From: an uncultured bacterium
GTDB lineage: Bacteria > UBP6 > UBA1177
Assembly (NCBI GenBank): GCA_905235605.1
Contig: CAJOMF010000003.1
Coordinates: forward strand, 5,173-69,172
Reading direction: 5' to 3'
DNA: 64,000 bases
Positions 1-9,935 of this stretch are shown in pieces. The notes beneath the pieces were generated by a model. The model saw nothing but the letters and a program-made list of their open reading frames with translations. It was not told the DNA's origin and did no database searches. The position numbers and the translations under genes were made by a program. The number at the start of each line of letters is the position of its first letter. The stretch's first letter is position 1.

Positions 1-783
1 ATAAAAAATGACTGTGTAAAGAACCTTGTTGTAACTTTCCCACCCCGGGATCAGAGAAGTCATCGTGACGATCGTGATTTTGTCGCCGCCGGCAAGGTCA
101 TAAGGCATCGCAAACGCCGAAACTCTAGTCCATGCGTTGAGTTCTTTCTGACCGCCGCTTGTAACAAGAGCCGCCATATCGGCATCAAGAGTTTCCCTGC
201 CGTATGAATCCTCAACAGCACGCCATCTGTCGCCGCCTCTCTCTGCAATCGGAGCTGCACCTTTGAAAGCTCTTACAGGCATCGGAAAAACAGAAAGAAG
301 CTCGTCGCTGAACTTTTCAAAAGTTATTGCAGCAAAAATTTTGTTTCCGTCAGCAGAAACAGGAACTGCTGCAATGAGGTAAAGACCGCTTTCCACAGAC
401 AGCATACCGTCGGAAGCCAGCCCCTCTTTCAAAGCTCTCTCTACAGCCGGAATACCAGCATAAGAGTTCATAACATTGAAGTTGCCGTCAACAACTGCGC
501 CGCCGGCATTGACTATCACATACTCTTTTTCCGAAGTTATTTTCGAAACGACCTTTCCTTTTTCGATTTTAAGCTGTCTGGCTATCTCGAAAGAACTGCC
601 GATCAGCGAATAATTTTTGCTTTTAAGCTCGGACTCAACCAATTTGGCGATGTTTTTAGCTCCGTCCTGAACATCGATTTTTATTATAAAATCTTTGAAA
701 AGAAGAAAATTGGCTGCGGAAAGAGCCGTAAGAACAACTGCCATCAGGAAAAAAACCTTTAATTTTAAACCTAAATTCGTCAT
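1..783 (-). CDS. Secreted/periplasmic sensor-like domain protein (Cache-like), 3'-partial (runs off window start)
   Basis: The reverse complement from the ATG at 783 reads open to position 1. N-terminal signal/TM (MTNLGLKLKVFFLMAVVLTALSA), then a mixed beta/alpha domain with a dCache-like pattern (GLYLIAAVPV, KIFAAITF). Absent from the ORF track because no stop lies inside the window. Confidence 0.45.
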   Translation of the reverse strand, partial: MTNLGLKLKVFFLMAVVLTALSAANFLLFKDFIIKIDVQDGAKNIAKLVESELKSKNYSLIGSSFEIARQLKIEKGKVVSKITSEKEYVIVNAGGAVVDGNFNVMNSYAGIPAVERALKEGLASDGMLSVESGLYLIAAVPVSADGNKIFAAITFEKFSDELLSVFPMPVRAFKGAAPIAERGGDRWRAVEDSYGRETLDADMAALVTSGGQKELNAWTRVSAFAMPYDLAGGDKITIVTMTSLIPGWESYNKVLYTVIFY

Positions 784-799
784 ATATAGTCTCCTTCAA

Positions 800-1507
800 T
801 TAATCCATCGATGTTGACAAAGAATTGAGATTTGCCACTCTGCCCTTGTCGATTTTGTAAATAAAACTCTGGGCTGCACTCTGAACGACCATAAAATCTT
901 CGGTATAGATTGTATTGGTTCCGTAATAAATCTTCAATGAATAACTGCCCGGAGCGATGTCGGGAATGTCTTTATTGTTGGTACCTTCTTTCAGTCTCCA
1001 GATGTAAGTTGTTTCGAGGACCTTCACGGAAGAAGTATTCCACGGAAACGATTCGTCGGTGAGCGTGTAATCCCCCGATTCGGAAAACAGATGGTCGGCA
1101 GAAGAACCGGGCTGTATCTCGATCGAAACAGGCTCTCCCCCTTCACGGGCTATCTTGACTTTTCTCGGAAATTTTTCTTTGTTTTCAATAGTCAGAACAG
1201 CATTTTTCGGAAAAAGGACTTTTCTGCGGCTGAATTCCGCACCTGACAACTCCAATTTTTCTTTCTTTGCTTCAACAGACGGTTTATATCCTTCGATAAC
1301 AACCGAATATTGCTCTTTTTCCTTACCATTCGGGACATTAAGTACCGGAAAATTCCAGTAGCCGTCACGGATGTCGACTCTGTACTGCTCGCCTTTCTCC
1401 TCCCCGCGATTGTAGTTTATCGTGAGTTTTATCATTGTAGCAGAAACAGAAAAAGGAATCAGAAAGAAAATCTGGCATATAAAAAACAATGTAAAAAATC
1501 TTTTCAC
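800..1507 (-). CDS. Hypothetical secreted protein
   Basis: 235-aa ORF with an N-terminal signal peptide (MKRFFTLFFICQIFFLIPFSVSA). No recognisable catalytic motif. 16 nt downstream of the previous gene. Confidence 0.5.
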   Translation of the reverse strand: MKRFFTLFFICQIFFLIPFSVSATMIKLTINYNRGEEKGEQYRVDIRDGYWNFPVLNVPNGKEKEQYSVVIEGYKPSVEAKKEKLELSGAEFSRRKVLFPKNAVLTIENKEKFPRKVKIAREGGEPVSIEIQPGSSADHLFSESGDYTLTDESFPWNTSSVKVLETTYIWRLKEGTNNKDIPDIAPGSYSLKIYYGTNTIYTEDFMVVQSAAQSFIYKIDKGRVANLNSLSTSMD

Positions 1508-1508
1508 C

Positions 1509-3161
1509 TTACTCTCCTTTTTTTTCAGGAATAGCAGCTTTGATCTCTTTCAGGAAACTTGACTTCGGATAAGCCTCGACAAGCTCTTCAAGAAGCTGTG
1601 TCGCACTGACGAAATCTTCGATAGTGATATAGAATTCCAATTCATCAAGTCTTTCCTGCGGCGGCTCTGCCGATTCATCGACAGCTGCCACGGGTTCCGG
1701 TTCCTGCGGTTTTTCCACAGCAGCTTCACTGCCGGTTTCTTCTGCTGAAACAGCCGGCTGTTCACTGTCGGGTTCCTCAAGATTCGGAATACCGCTGAAA
1801 ACTTCGCCTTCAACACCCGATTCAGGATCAGTAAAGTCGTTTTCCTGTTCCGCAATCTGCTGCTTACGGGAAATGATTCTTGCATCGTCACTTCCCAGCA
1901 TGTCTTCGGCATCACTCATCAAATCACGAACTTCGCCGATTTTTCCCTCCGACACTTTGAGATCGATAAGCGTGAGAAGCAGTTCACCGGCTTCTTCGAC
2001 TTTCCCCTGCTCGATATTCGCCTCGATCAGAACATCGTAAGCGTCGTCGGAAGTTTCCCAGCCTTCTACAGATTTTACTTTTTCTACAGCCTTGTCAAAC
2101 AGTTTGTATGAAAGGAATGAGCGTGCCTCTTTTACAGCCGAACGGATCGAAACCTTATGCGGTTTTTCCGCGTTTCCGCCATTCGGATCGACATCAATCA
2201 CGAAATCGTCTCTGCCGCCTTCTTCGCGGCGCAGATCACCGGTCGAATCTTTGATTTTATCGGAAATTATGTCTCGCAGTTTTGCGTTCTCATTAAGAAT
2301 GAAAAGAGCTTCTCTGTCGTTCGGATCAAGTTCAAGGATCCTGCGGTACATCTCGTCGCGTTCGGCATAATTTTTGTGCTTTGCATGGACAACCGCGATC
2401 TGTTTGTAGATAGCTATCAGTTTGTGCGTTTCTCCCAGTTTCTCGAAAACGAAAGCGAGTTTTTCAAGAAATTCGATCGTATCCGGATTATCAACGACAA
2501 GCTTCTGAAGAACGATAAGCGCGTTAGAGTAACTTCCTTTTTTTAGATAGAAATTCACAAGCGTTTTTCCTATCTCTGCATCATTGCCGGTTGCCGTGTA
2601 GAGAAGTTTCAAAACTGAAACATACTCATTTACTTTGTCAGTGTTTTTAAGAGATTCGGAAAGCGGAACAAGGAGCTTTTCGGCATCGTGGTTCATTCCT
2701 TCCGAAATAAGCATATTTGCAAGTTTCAAGGAAAGATTGACGTTGCCGGGATAAAGCTCGAGCATCTTGCGGAGGATATTTATCGCTGCGATTTTGTTTC
2801 CGGCTTTCACATAATAATTGACAGCCGTGTTGTAGCGCATCGCGGCATCCTTGACGAGACCGCTCTGTTTGTCGTAATCGGCAAGCAGAACATTGATCTT
2901 CCCGTGCTCGGGACTCAGAAGAAGCGCCTGCTTCAAAACGGCTTTAGCCTTGTTGAGAAAGCCCTTCTTTTCAAAAATGACCGCAACTTTTTCGTAAGTT
3001 TCGATTGCTTTAGTCTCTCTTCCGGCTCTCGCATAAAGCTCAGCCAGACGGACATAAGCTCTGTCGTCTTCGGGGTTTTTTCTGATAAGTTCCTCGAATT
3101 GTTCGATTTCCGAAACAGCCTTTTTGCCTTTGATAAAGAATTTGCTGCTGTTATTAGCCAA
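1509..3161 (-). CDS. TPR-repeat protein with acidic C-terminal tail
   Basis: 550 aa with repeated 34-aa TPR-like units (…AYVRLAELYARAGRETKAIETYEKV…, …ALIVLQKLVVDNPDTIEFLEKLAF…). D/E-rich tail. The stop is 2 nt from the upstream gene start. Confidence 0.7.
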   Translation of the reverse strand: MANNSSKFFIKGKKAVSEIEQFEELIRKNPEDDRAYVRLAELYARAGRETKAIETYEKVAVIFEKKGFLNKAKAVLKQALLLSPEHGKINVLLADYDKQSGLVKDAAMRYNTAVNYYVKAGNKIAAINILRKMLELYPGNVNLSLKLANMLISEGMNHDAEKLLVPLSESLKNTDKVNEYVSVLKLLYTATGNDAEIGKTLVNFYLKKGSYSNALIVLQKLVVDNPDTIEFLEKLAFVFEKLGETHKLIAIYKQIAVVHAKHKNYAERDEMYRRILELDPNDREALFILNENAKLRDIISDKIKDSTGDLRREEGGRDDFVIDVDPNGGNAEKPHKVSIRSAVKEARSFLSYKLFDKAVEKVKSVEGWETSDDAYDVLIEANIEQGKVEEAGELLLTLIDLKVSEGKIGEVRDLMSDAEDMLGSDDARIISRKQQIAEQENDFTDPESGVEGEVFSGIPNLEEPDSEQPAVSAEETGSEAAVEKPQEPEPVAAVDESAEPPQERLDELEFYITIEDFVSATQLLEELVEAYPKSSFLKEIKAAIPEKKGE

Positions 3162-3184
3162 TGCTGCACCTATTTTTAATTAAA

Positions 3185-3748
3185 TTATTTTTTCATCCTT
3201 TCGATGTATGTGAACTCTTCGGTGCTTATTTTGATAACATCACCGTTGGAAATGAAAAGCGGAACCATGACCTGTCCGCCGGTCGATACTTTCGCAGGTT
3301 TGTAGGAAGTCGTTACTGTATCGCCTTTGAAACCGGGTTCGGTATCGGTGACTTCGAGTTCGATGAACTGCGGAAGCTGGACGGAAATCGGCGAACCGTT
3401 GTAGAACTGAACAGTAACCTGAGTGTTTTCAGGCATATACGGGATAACGTCCTCAATGACTTTTTCGTCGATCGGAAGCTGTTCGAAAGATTCGTTGTCC
3501 ATGAAAATGTAGTGATCGCCGTCCTGATAAAGGTATTCCATGTTCTTTTCTTCAAGGTCGGGGCTGTCGACGCGCTCACCGGAAAGGAAAGTGTACTCAG
3601 CGATCGAACCGTTGAGAACATTTCTGAGTTTGGTCTTGATGACCGCCCTTCTTTTCTGCTGAATGTGCTGCATTTCGACGATCTGATAAGGAATTCCTTC
3701 CATTTCGATCTTTAAGCCTCTTCTGAATTCTGAAGTTTGAATAGACAT
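3185..3748 (-). CDS. efp: Elongation factor P
   Basis: 187 aa. KOW-like N-terminal domain (…GLKIEMEGIPYQIVEMQHIQQ…KTKLRNVLNG) and typical EF-P length. Confidence 0.9.
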   Translation of the reverse strand: MSIQTSEFRRGLKIEMEGIPYQIVEMQHIQQKRRAVIKTKLRNVLNGSIAEYTFLSGERVDSPDLEEKNMEYLYQDGDHYIFMDNESFEQLPIDEKVIEDVIPYMPENTQVTVQFYNGSPISVQLPQFIELEVTDTEPGFKGDTVTTSYKPAKVSTGGQVMVPLFISNGDVIKISTEEFTYIERMKK

Positions 3749-3965
3749 AACTTTCTCCTATAAAAATAAAAAAATGATGAACACCGTCCACAAAAAGCCG
3801 CGGAATCCTACTCAGCACGCATTTTATTGTCAAGTTTTACGGCATTTTGAAAAACCTCATCTCTGAAGCAGTCTGATTTTTCAGAGTCAGCAGTAAAAAA
3901 TTTATTGATGTTATCGTGTTTTTTATTACCATATCGCCGTTGTTGTTATTTTTAAAGAGGTAAAA

Positions 3966-5864
3966 ATGACAGTTATCGGAATCGATCTCGGCACGACCAA
4001 TTCATGCGTCTCAGTAATCAAAAACGGAAAACCGGAAGTTGTAAAGGACGACGGCGGCAAGGCAACGATCCCTTCGATCGTCAGTTTCGTAAAGAACGAT
4101 CTCACCGGCGAAATCGGAAAAATAGTCGGCGCACAGGCGCATCAGCAGATGCTGACGAATGCGGAAAACACGGTCTACTGCATAAAAAGGCTCATCGGAC
4201 ATGACTTCAAAAGCGCGTCGATAAGCCACATTCTGCCGACGCTCCCGTACAAAGTCATTCCGGGACAGCAGGGAAACGGTCTCGAAATATACATTCCGGC
4301 TCTCGGCAAAAATTTCACTACCGAAGAAATTTCGTCATACATTCTGACAGAGCTTCGCAGCACTGCCGAAAAATATACAGGCGAAACGATAACGAAAGCG
4401 GTCATTACCGTTCCGGCATACTTCAACAACAAACAGCGTCAGGCTACAAAAGACGCGGCAGCGATCGCCGGAATCGAAGTTATGAGGATCATCAACGAAC
4501 CGACCGCTGCAGCTCTGGCTTACGGTTTTTCAAAATCTTTCTCGGAAGAAAAACTTCTCGCCGTTTTCGATTTCGGAGGCGGAACATTCGATATAACGCT
4601 GATGGAAGTTTCAAAGGACACCTTCAACGTCGTTGCGACAGCAGGCAACACTTTCCTCGGCGGCGAAGACATCACGAACGCGCTTCTCGAATATCTTCTT
4701 GACGACCTCGCTACAAGATACAACCTGCCCGAAATCGACGATCAGCTCGTTATCCAGCGGTTGCGCGACTACGCCGAGACTGCAAAGAAAAACCTCACGA
4801 TCCAGACGAGCGTATCGATCGAAATCCCCTATCTCAAAGAGGTAAACGGCAGCTTCATCCACTACAAAACTGAAGTAACGCGTGAAAAACTCGAAGAACT
4901 TGCCCTTCCCTTCATCCAGAATGCGATAAATACTTTCGACAAGACTCTGCAGGAAGTCCAGCTCACCCCAGGTGACCTTGCAGGAATAATCCTCATCGGC
5001 GGTCAGACGAGAATGCCTCTCCTGCAGAAAGAACTGGCTGATTTCTGTCCGTCTGTCCAGATACTCAAGAACATAAATCCTGATGAAACCGTCGCTATCG
5101 GCGCAGCACTTCAGGCGAAACTGCTCGAAGAGGAATCAAACGGCGAAGACAACGGAACACTTCTTCTCGACGTAACTCCGCACAACCTCGGAATCGCGGT
5201 CGGAAAGGATATGTTCTACACTTTGATCCAGAAAAATTCAACAGTTCCGACTTCCGTTGACGATATTTTCGTAACGTCGCACGACAATCAGGAAAAAGCG
5301 AAGATCCTTCTGCTTCAGGGCGATTCGCTCGTCGCTTCCGAAAACGAGATTCTGGGTGAATTTGAGCTTGACGGTCTGCGTCCGGCAAAACGCGGCGAAG
5401 TCAAAATCAGAGTCACCTACGAAATCGACATCAACGGAATCGTTACGGTTCAGGCAATGGATATGGATACCGGCATTTCGCAGCGCATAACCGTTGCATC
5501 TACCGGCAACATGACGAAAGAAGAACTTGCCAAGAAAATCGAAGAAAACTCTGACTACTACCTTGATCTTGCCGAAAAAACGATGGTCGAAGAGATCGTC
5601 CAGAGCATCGAAAACTATCTCTTCGAGCTTGAAACGATGAAGCCGAAACTTTACCAGATCTTCGCAAACTCAAAGATCGGCAACGACAAAATGGAAAAAA
5701 TGGAAGCCCTCATTTCGGGAACGAAAGCCTACATCAAAGGTGAAAAACTTGACCTCGAAAAACTTCAGGACATCGAAACGAAGCTCGACATCCTCAAAAA
5801 TACCTACAAAAATCTTATCGACCATTCGGATGAAACGGTCGCTCCGGACGGTGGGATTTTCTGA
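3966..5864 (+). CDS. Hsp70-family chaperone (DnaK/HscC-like paralogue)
   Basis: IGIDLGTTNSCV phosphate-1 motif, DFGGGTFDITL phosphate-2 motif, and a substrate-binding beta domain plus helical lid. No adjacent dnaJ or grpE. Confidence 0.85.
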   Translation: MTVIGIDLGTTNSCVSVIKNGKPEVVKDDGGKATIPSIVSFVKNDLTGEIGKIVGAQAHQQMLTNAENTVYCIKRLIGHDFKSASISHILPTLPYKVIPGQQGNGLEIYIPALGKNFTTEEISSYILTELRSTAEKYTGETITKAVITVPAYFNNKQRQATKDAAAIAGIEVMRIINEPTAAALAYGFSKSFSEEKLLAVFDFGGGTFDITLMEVSKDTFNVVATAGNTFLGGEDITNALLEYLLDDLATRYNLPEIDDQLVIQRLRDYAETAKKNLTIQTSVSIEIPYLKEVNGSFIHYKTEVTREKLEELALPFIQNAINTFDKTLQEVQLTPGDLAGIILIGGQTRMPLLQKELADFCPSVQILKNINPDETVAIGAALQAKLLEEESNGEDNGTLLLDVTPHNLGIAVGKDMFYTLIQKNSTVPTSVDDIFVTSHDNQEKAKILLLQGDSLVASENEILGEFELDGLRPAKRGEVKIRVTYEIDINGIVTVQAMDMDTGISQRITVASTGNMTKEELAKKIEENSDYYLDLAEKTMVEEIVQSIENYLFELETMKPKLYQIFANSKIGNDKMEKMEALISGTKAYIKGEKLDLEKLQDIETKLDILKNTYKNLIDHSDETVAPDGGIF

Positions 5865-5871
5865 TCTGATC

Positions 5872-7053
5872 TTATATTTCAATAACCTTCAGATTCTTCA
5901 GAGATTCTTCCAGAAGACCGGAAATTTCGGGTTCAAGTTTCTTTTCTTCCGCAAGAACCCTGTCCAACTTCCCCTTTATTATCGGTGACTTAGGCAAGAA
6001 TGCGGTACAGCTGTCGGGGCAGTTTCTGATCGATATCGGGAATGCACCGATTTTCTCCGAAATTTTTATCGTGTCGGTCTTGTCGAAAGTGATGAGCGGT
6101 CTGATGACGGGCAGAGTTTTGACCGCGTCATTTATGCAGGTGAGGTTTTCGATAGTCTGGCTTGCGACCTGCGAAAGCGATTCTCCGGTGATCAAAGCCT
6201 GATAACCGTTTTCTATCGCGATCCTTTCGGCGATCTTGAACATCATCCTTCTGAAGAGGATCGTTCTGTAGCCCTCGAAACATCTCGCACGGATCAGAAG
6301 CTGGATGTCAATGAGCGGCGCGATGTAAAGTTTTGTCGACACACCCTGATATTTTTTGAGATGGCGCGCAAGATCTTCAAGTTTTTTCATGCTCTCTTCG
6401 CCTGTGTAGGGCGGTGAATAGAAACTGAGGTAGTTGACTTTTCCGCCGCGGCACATCGTCAGATACGATGCGACGGGACTGTCGATCCCGCCCGAAAGGA
6501 GCGAGAGATATTCGCCCGCGCAGCCGACCGGAAGACCGCGGATCCCGGCTATCCTTTTGCTGAAAAGGTAGATCCCTGAACTGTCGATCTCCATTTCGAG
6601 AGCGAAGTTGTAGTCCTTCATCGAAACGGTAAAAACTTTGTCCATTATCGAAAGAACAGCGCCTGCGAGCTTTTTCTGAATGTCAATCGAATTGCCGGGA
6701 TAGGCCTTGTTGGAGCGTGTGCAGATGACTTTGAGGATTTTTGTTCCCTCTTTTTCGGCGATTTTTGCAAGTTCTACCGCCTTTTCCACTATTTCATCCC
6801 AAGCCGCATCGAGCGGGAGCCTGAAAGAGGGCGAAAAACTCGAAATCCCGGGGATCAGCGAAAGGCGGTTCACAACATCGTCAAGCGAATCTTCACTTTT
6901 GAGCTCGACTTCCATTCTGCCGCGGAACTTCCGAGCCGTTGCCACACCCGCGACACTCGAACGGATGTTGCTCAGAAGCAGGTCTTCGAACCATGCGCGG
7001 TTGCGTTTTTTGAGAGCGATCTCGTCGTAACGGACTAAAATGTGCGTAAACAT
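5872..7053 (-). CDS. thiI: tRNA 4-thiouridine synthase ThiI (THUMP + PP-loop ATPase)
   Basis: SGGIDSPVA PP-loop motif with a THUMP-like N-terminal half. 393 aa. Confidence 0.85.
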   Translation of the reverse strand: MFTHILVRYDEIALKKRNRAWFEDLLLSNIRSSVAGVATARKFRGRMEVELKSEDSLDDVVNRLSLIPGISSFSPSFRLPLDAAWDEIVEKAVELAKIAEKEGTKILKVICTRSNKAYPGNSIDIQKKLAGAVLSIMDKVFTVSMKDYNFALEMEIDSSGIYLFSKRIAGIRGLPVGCAGEYLSLLSGGIDSPVASYLTMCRGGKVNYLSFYSPPYTGEESMKKLEDLARHLKKYQGVSTKLYIAPLIDIQLLIRARCFEGYRTILFRRMMFKIAERIAIENGYQALITGESLSQVASQTIENLTCINDAVKTLPVIRPLITFDKTDTIKISEKIGAFPISIRNCPDSCTAFLPKSPIIKGKLDRVLAEEKKLEPEISGLLEESLKNLKVIEI

Positions 7054-7211
7054 CTTTTTTCCTTAGTTTAATTAACAAAAAAACGCGGAATTTAACGAAA
7101 ATCCGGCTTTTTTGTCAAGAGAGCGTTTGTAATCTCCCAAAATCTCTTGTTTTTTAAGATTTTTACCTGTATAGTGCGCTGTTTGAGCTTTTAAAAATCT
7201 GGCAGGCAGAC

Positions 7212-8720
7212 ATGGACTTCGAAAAATTCAATGAAAAATTCAACAAATTACCTTTTGAACCGGTTTACATTTTTATGATCCTCTCATTTATTCTGAGGCT
7301 CGCGACTTTCATGGGGATTTCGGAAGGCGACGACCTTTCCTACACTCTCCTTGCGCACAGATTCGCAAACGGCGATTTCGCGGCGAATTTCATTTTTGAC
7401 ATCCGCTGGGTCGTCTATGTTCCGGTTGCGCTGTTGTACAAAATTTTAGGCGTGAGTGACTTCACTTCGCTGCTCCCGACAATGGTTTACGGCGTTTCAA
7501 GCGTGTGGCTTGCATACAAAATCGTGCTTGAAGAAACAGACAGGCTTACGGCTTCGATAGCGACCCTGCTCTACCTTTCATTTCCGATCATCCTGATTTA
7601 CGGCAACTTCCTGCAGGTCGCGCCGTCGCTTGAATTTTTCACGCTTCTCACTGTTTATTCGTTCCAGCGCGGAATAAAAAGCGAAAATATCGGCTGGTTC
7701 GTGCTCGGCGGGTTTGCGATAGGCGGAATTTTCTTTGCAAGAACGACAGGGCTTTTCATCGCGCCCATGGCTTCGTTTTACGTCTGGTACCGCAAAGGTT
7801 TCAACAGAAAAACGGTGCTTTGGATCGCCTGTGCGGCACTCTGCTCGCTTGTTCTTCCGGCAGTGCAGGGTCTGGTTTACCTCAGCGTTCACGGTGATTT
7901 TTTCCACCACATCACAATAAGCAGAAAAGGGATCGACTATCAGGACAGGATGTTCGATGTCGACCCGAAAGACCTCTTTTTCTATATCAGAACAATGTTC
8001 ACGCACGGCAACTTCGCAAACTGGAAAATGTTCGGTCTCAACGGATACGCTATCGCCGCTTCCACACTTGCCTGCATAATCCTTATCTGCATGAAAAAAG
8101 CAGGGAAAGAAGTGATTTTCTTCATCTGGTTTATCTCATACTTCATGTTCATGACGTTCGCCCCGACAAGTTTTTCGCCATACACAACTTTGATAAGAAA
8201 CACCAGATATGCTATAATCTTTCTACTCCCGGTCTGTGCCATGTATGGAATATTCCTAAACAAAATGGTTACGTGCAAAAACACTGCGGTACAAATCACT
8301 GCTATAGTAATTTTTCTCACGCTTTTCATAAGCAACATCGCCTTTTCTGTTGAAAACAGTCAGCGTTTCAAAAACAGAAGAACGGAACAGAAAAACTCGG
8401 TAGATGCGCTGCTAAAAGAGTACCCGAATGAACTTTTTTACATCGCTGACAAGAACACTGCCCGCAGGATCGCCTATTATTCCGGTTATAAAAACAATAA
8501 TTACAAGCACATACGTTCGCTGAAACAGATAAAGGAACCAGGAATTTTCCTTATCCTCAGAAATTTTCCTTCAAGCGTCTCCCGTTTTTACATTCCGAAA
8601 GAGAAACTTTTGAAAATAAGGAAAAACCCGCCGGTTGGAATGACTTTGAAGAAAAAACTCCCGTTTTTTTATGTCTATGAAGTTGATCCGAAGATTTTGA
8701 ATAAAGAAAAACAACATTAA
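7212..8720 (+). CDS. GT-C family membrane glycosyltransferase (ArnT/PMT-like)
   Basis: 502 aa with about 11 predicted TM helices, an acidic DD/E motif in the first loop (ISEGDDLSY) and a C-terminal soluble domain, as in ArnT/PMT enzymes. Confidence 0.6.
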   Translation: MDFEKFNEKFNKLPFEPVYIFMILSFILRLATFMGISEGDDLSYTLLAHRFANGDFAANFIFDIRWVVYVPVALLYKILGVSDFTSLLPTMVYGVSSVWLAYKIVLEETDRLTASIATLLYLSFPIILIYGNFLQVAPSLEFFTLLTVYSFQRGIKSENIGWFVLGGFAIGGIFFARTTGLFIAPMASFYVWYRKGFNRKTVLWIACAALCSLVLPAVQGLVYLSVHGDFFHHITISRKGIDYQDRMFDVDPKDLFFYIRTMFTHGNFANWKMFGLNGYAIAASTLACIILICMKKAGKEVIFFIWFISYFMFMTFAPTSFSPYTTLIRNTRYAIIFLLPVCAMYGIFLNKMVTCKNTAVQITAIVIFLTLFISNIAFSVENSQRFKNRRTEQKNSVDALLKEYPNELFYIADKNTARRIAYYSGYKNNNYKHIRSLKQIKEPGIFLILRNFPSSVSRFYIPKEKLLKIRKNPPVGMTLKKKLPFFYVYEVDPKILNKEKQH

Positions 8721-8735
8721 TTATAGGAAGCTGCA

Positions 8736-9917
8736 ATGGAACAATACAAATTTTTCGCTTCAGCGCCACGCGGATTGGAAATACCGCTTTCGCTCGAACT
8801 TTCAAGAATGGGCGCTCACAACGTCAAAATGACCGAAGGCGGAGTCCACTTTTCAGGCGACCTTGAAACATGCTACAAAGCGAACCTTTACTCTCACACA
8901 GCTGGAAGAATATACCTGGCGCTGGCATCAAAAACCTACAGGACAGAGCAGGATATCTACGATACAGCATTTTCTGTAATGTGGAACGAATGGTTTTCGG
9001 TAAAACAGAGCTTCAGAGTCGATGTCGTCGCGACAAACTGCCCTCTCAAGAGCCTGAATTTCGCAGCATTGAGGATAAAAGACGGGATCTGCGACAAGTT
9101 CCGCCAGACAGACGGGATCCGCCCGAATGTGGAACCGCACACACCCGATATGCGCATCAGAGGTTTTCTCGATGAGAACCAGCTCACTATCTTCATCGAT
9201 ACGAGCGGAGATGCTCTTTTCAAACGGGGATTCAGAGAAAAGACGAATATCGCTCCGATCAGAGAAAACTTAGCCTGCGGGCTCCTCTTCCTTTCAGGCT
9301 GGGAGCCGGGAATACCGCTCCTTGATCCGATGTGCGGAAGCGGAACTTTCCTCATTGAAGCGGCGCGTATTTCACTCAACATAGCACCGGGAAGTTCAAG
9401 AAAATTCGCCTTCGAAAAGCTCAAAAATTTCGATCCCGATCTCTGGAATTCGACTCTGCAGACAGCTATCGAAAACGAACTCGACGACGCAGATCTTCCC
9501 ATTTTCGGAAGCGATGTCTCGGCTTTAGCGATAGAAGCTGCGAAAAGCAACCTCGAAAATGCGGGACTTGCCGACATGGTCAAGCTCAAGAAGGCAAACA
9601 TCCTCGACCTCACCGCTCCGGCCGAATCGGGCGTCATGATCGCCAATCTGCCGTACGGCGAAAGAATGGGCGAACTCGACGAAATGCGCAAACTTTACCC
9701 GAAAATCGGCGATCTGCTCAAACGCAGTTTTACCGGATGGAAAGCGTGTTTCCTCACATCAGATCTCAAAATGCCGCGATTCATCGGTCTTGCGACCAAC
9801 AAAAGAACTCCCTTCAAAAACGGCAGCCTTGACTGCCGCATGTATGAGTTCAAAATGGTGGCAGGAAGCAACAAGCTGTCAAAACAGACAACCGGCGGCA
9901 ATGAGATCTCAGAATAA
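8736..9917 (+). CDS. THUMP-domain class I SAM-dependent RNA (guanine-N2) methyltransferase, RlmL-like
   Basis: THUMP N-terminus, SAM-binding motif DPMCGSGTFLIEAA and N-methyltransferase motif NLPYG. Confidence 0.75.
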   Translation: MEQYKFFASAPRGLEIPLSLELSRMGAHNVKMTEGGVHFSGDLETCYKANLYSHTAGRIYLALASKTYRTEQDIYDTAFSVMWNEWFSVKQSFRVDVVATNCPLKSLNFAALRIKDGICDKFRQTDGIRPNVEPHTPDMRIRGFLDENQLTIFIDTSGDALFKRGFREKTNIAPIRENLACGLLFLSGWEPGIPLLDPMCGSGTFLIEAARISLNIAPGSSRKFAFEKLKNFDPDLWNSTLQTAIENELDDADLPIFGSDVSALAIEAAKSNLENAGLADMVKLKKANILDLTAPAESGVMIANLPYGERMGELDEMRKLYPKIGDLLKRSFTGWKACFLTSDLKMPRFIGLATNKRTPFKNGSLDCRMYEFKMVAGSNKLSKQTTGGNEISE

Positions 9918-9935
9918 CAACGGAGTGACAGCGCA

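Noticed and set aside
60-260. 66-aa ORF at the window start
   Set aside because: It lies inside the longer open frame of the partial sensor-like gene, which runs from 783 to position 1. It is an out-of-frame shadow.
2688-3179. 163-aa ORF antisense to the TPR gene
   Set aside because: It overlaps a well-supported CDS on the opposite strand. Its composition is hydrophobic and repetitive, and it has no ribosome-binding site.
3749-3965. Possible CIRCE/HrcA operator or terminator hairpin (CTGAAGCAGTCTGATTTTTCAGAGTCAGCAG) upstream of the Hsp70 gene
   Set aside because: The inverted repeat is imperfect and does not match the CIRCE consensus TTAGCACTC-N9-GAGTGCTAA. It is treated as an ordinary promoter-region sequence.
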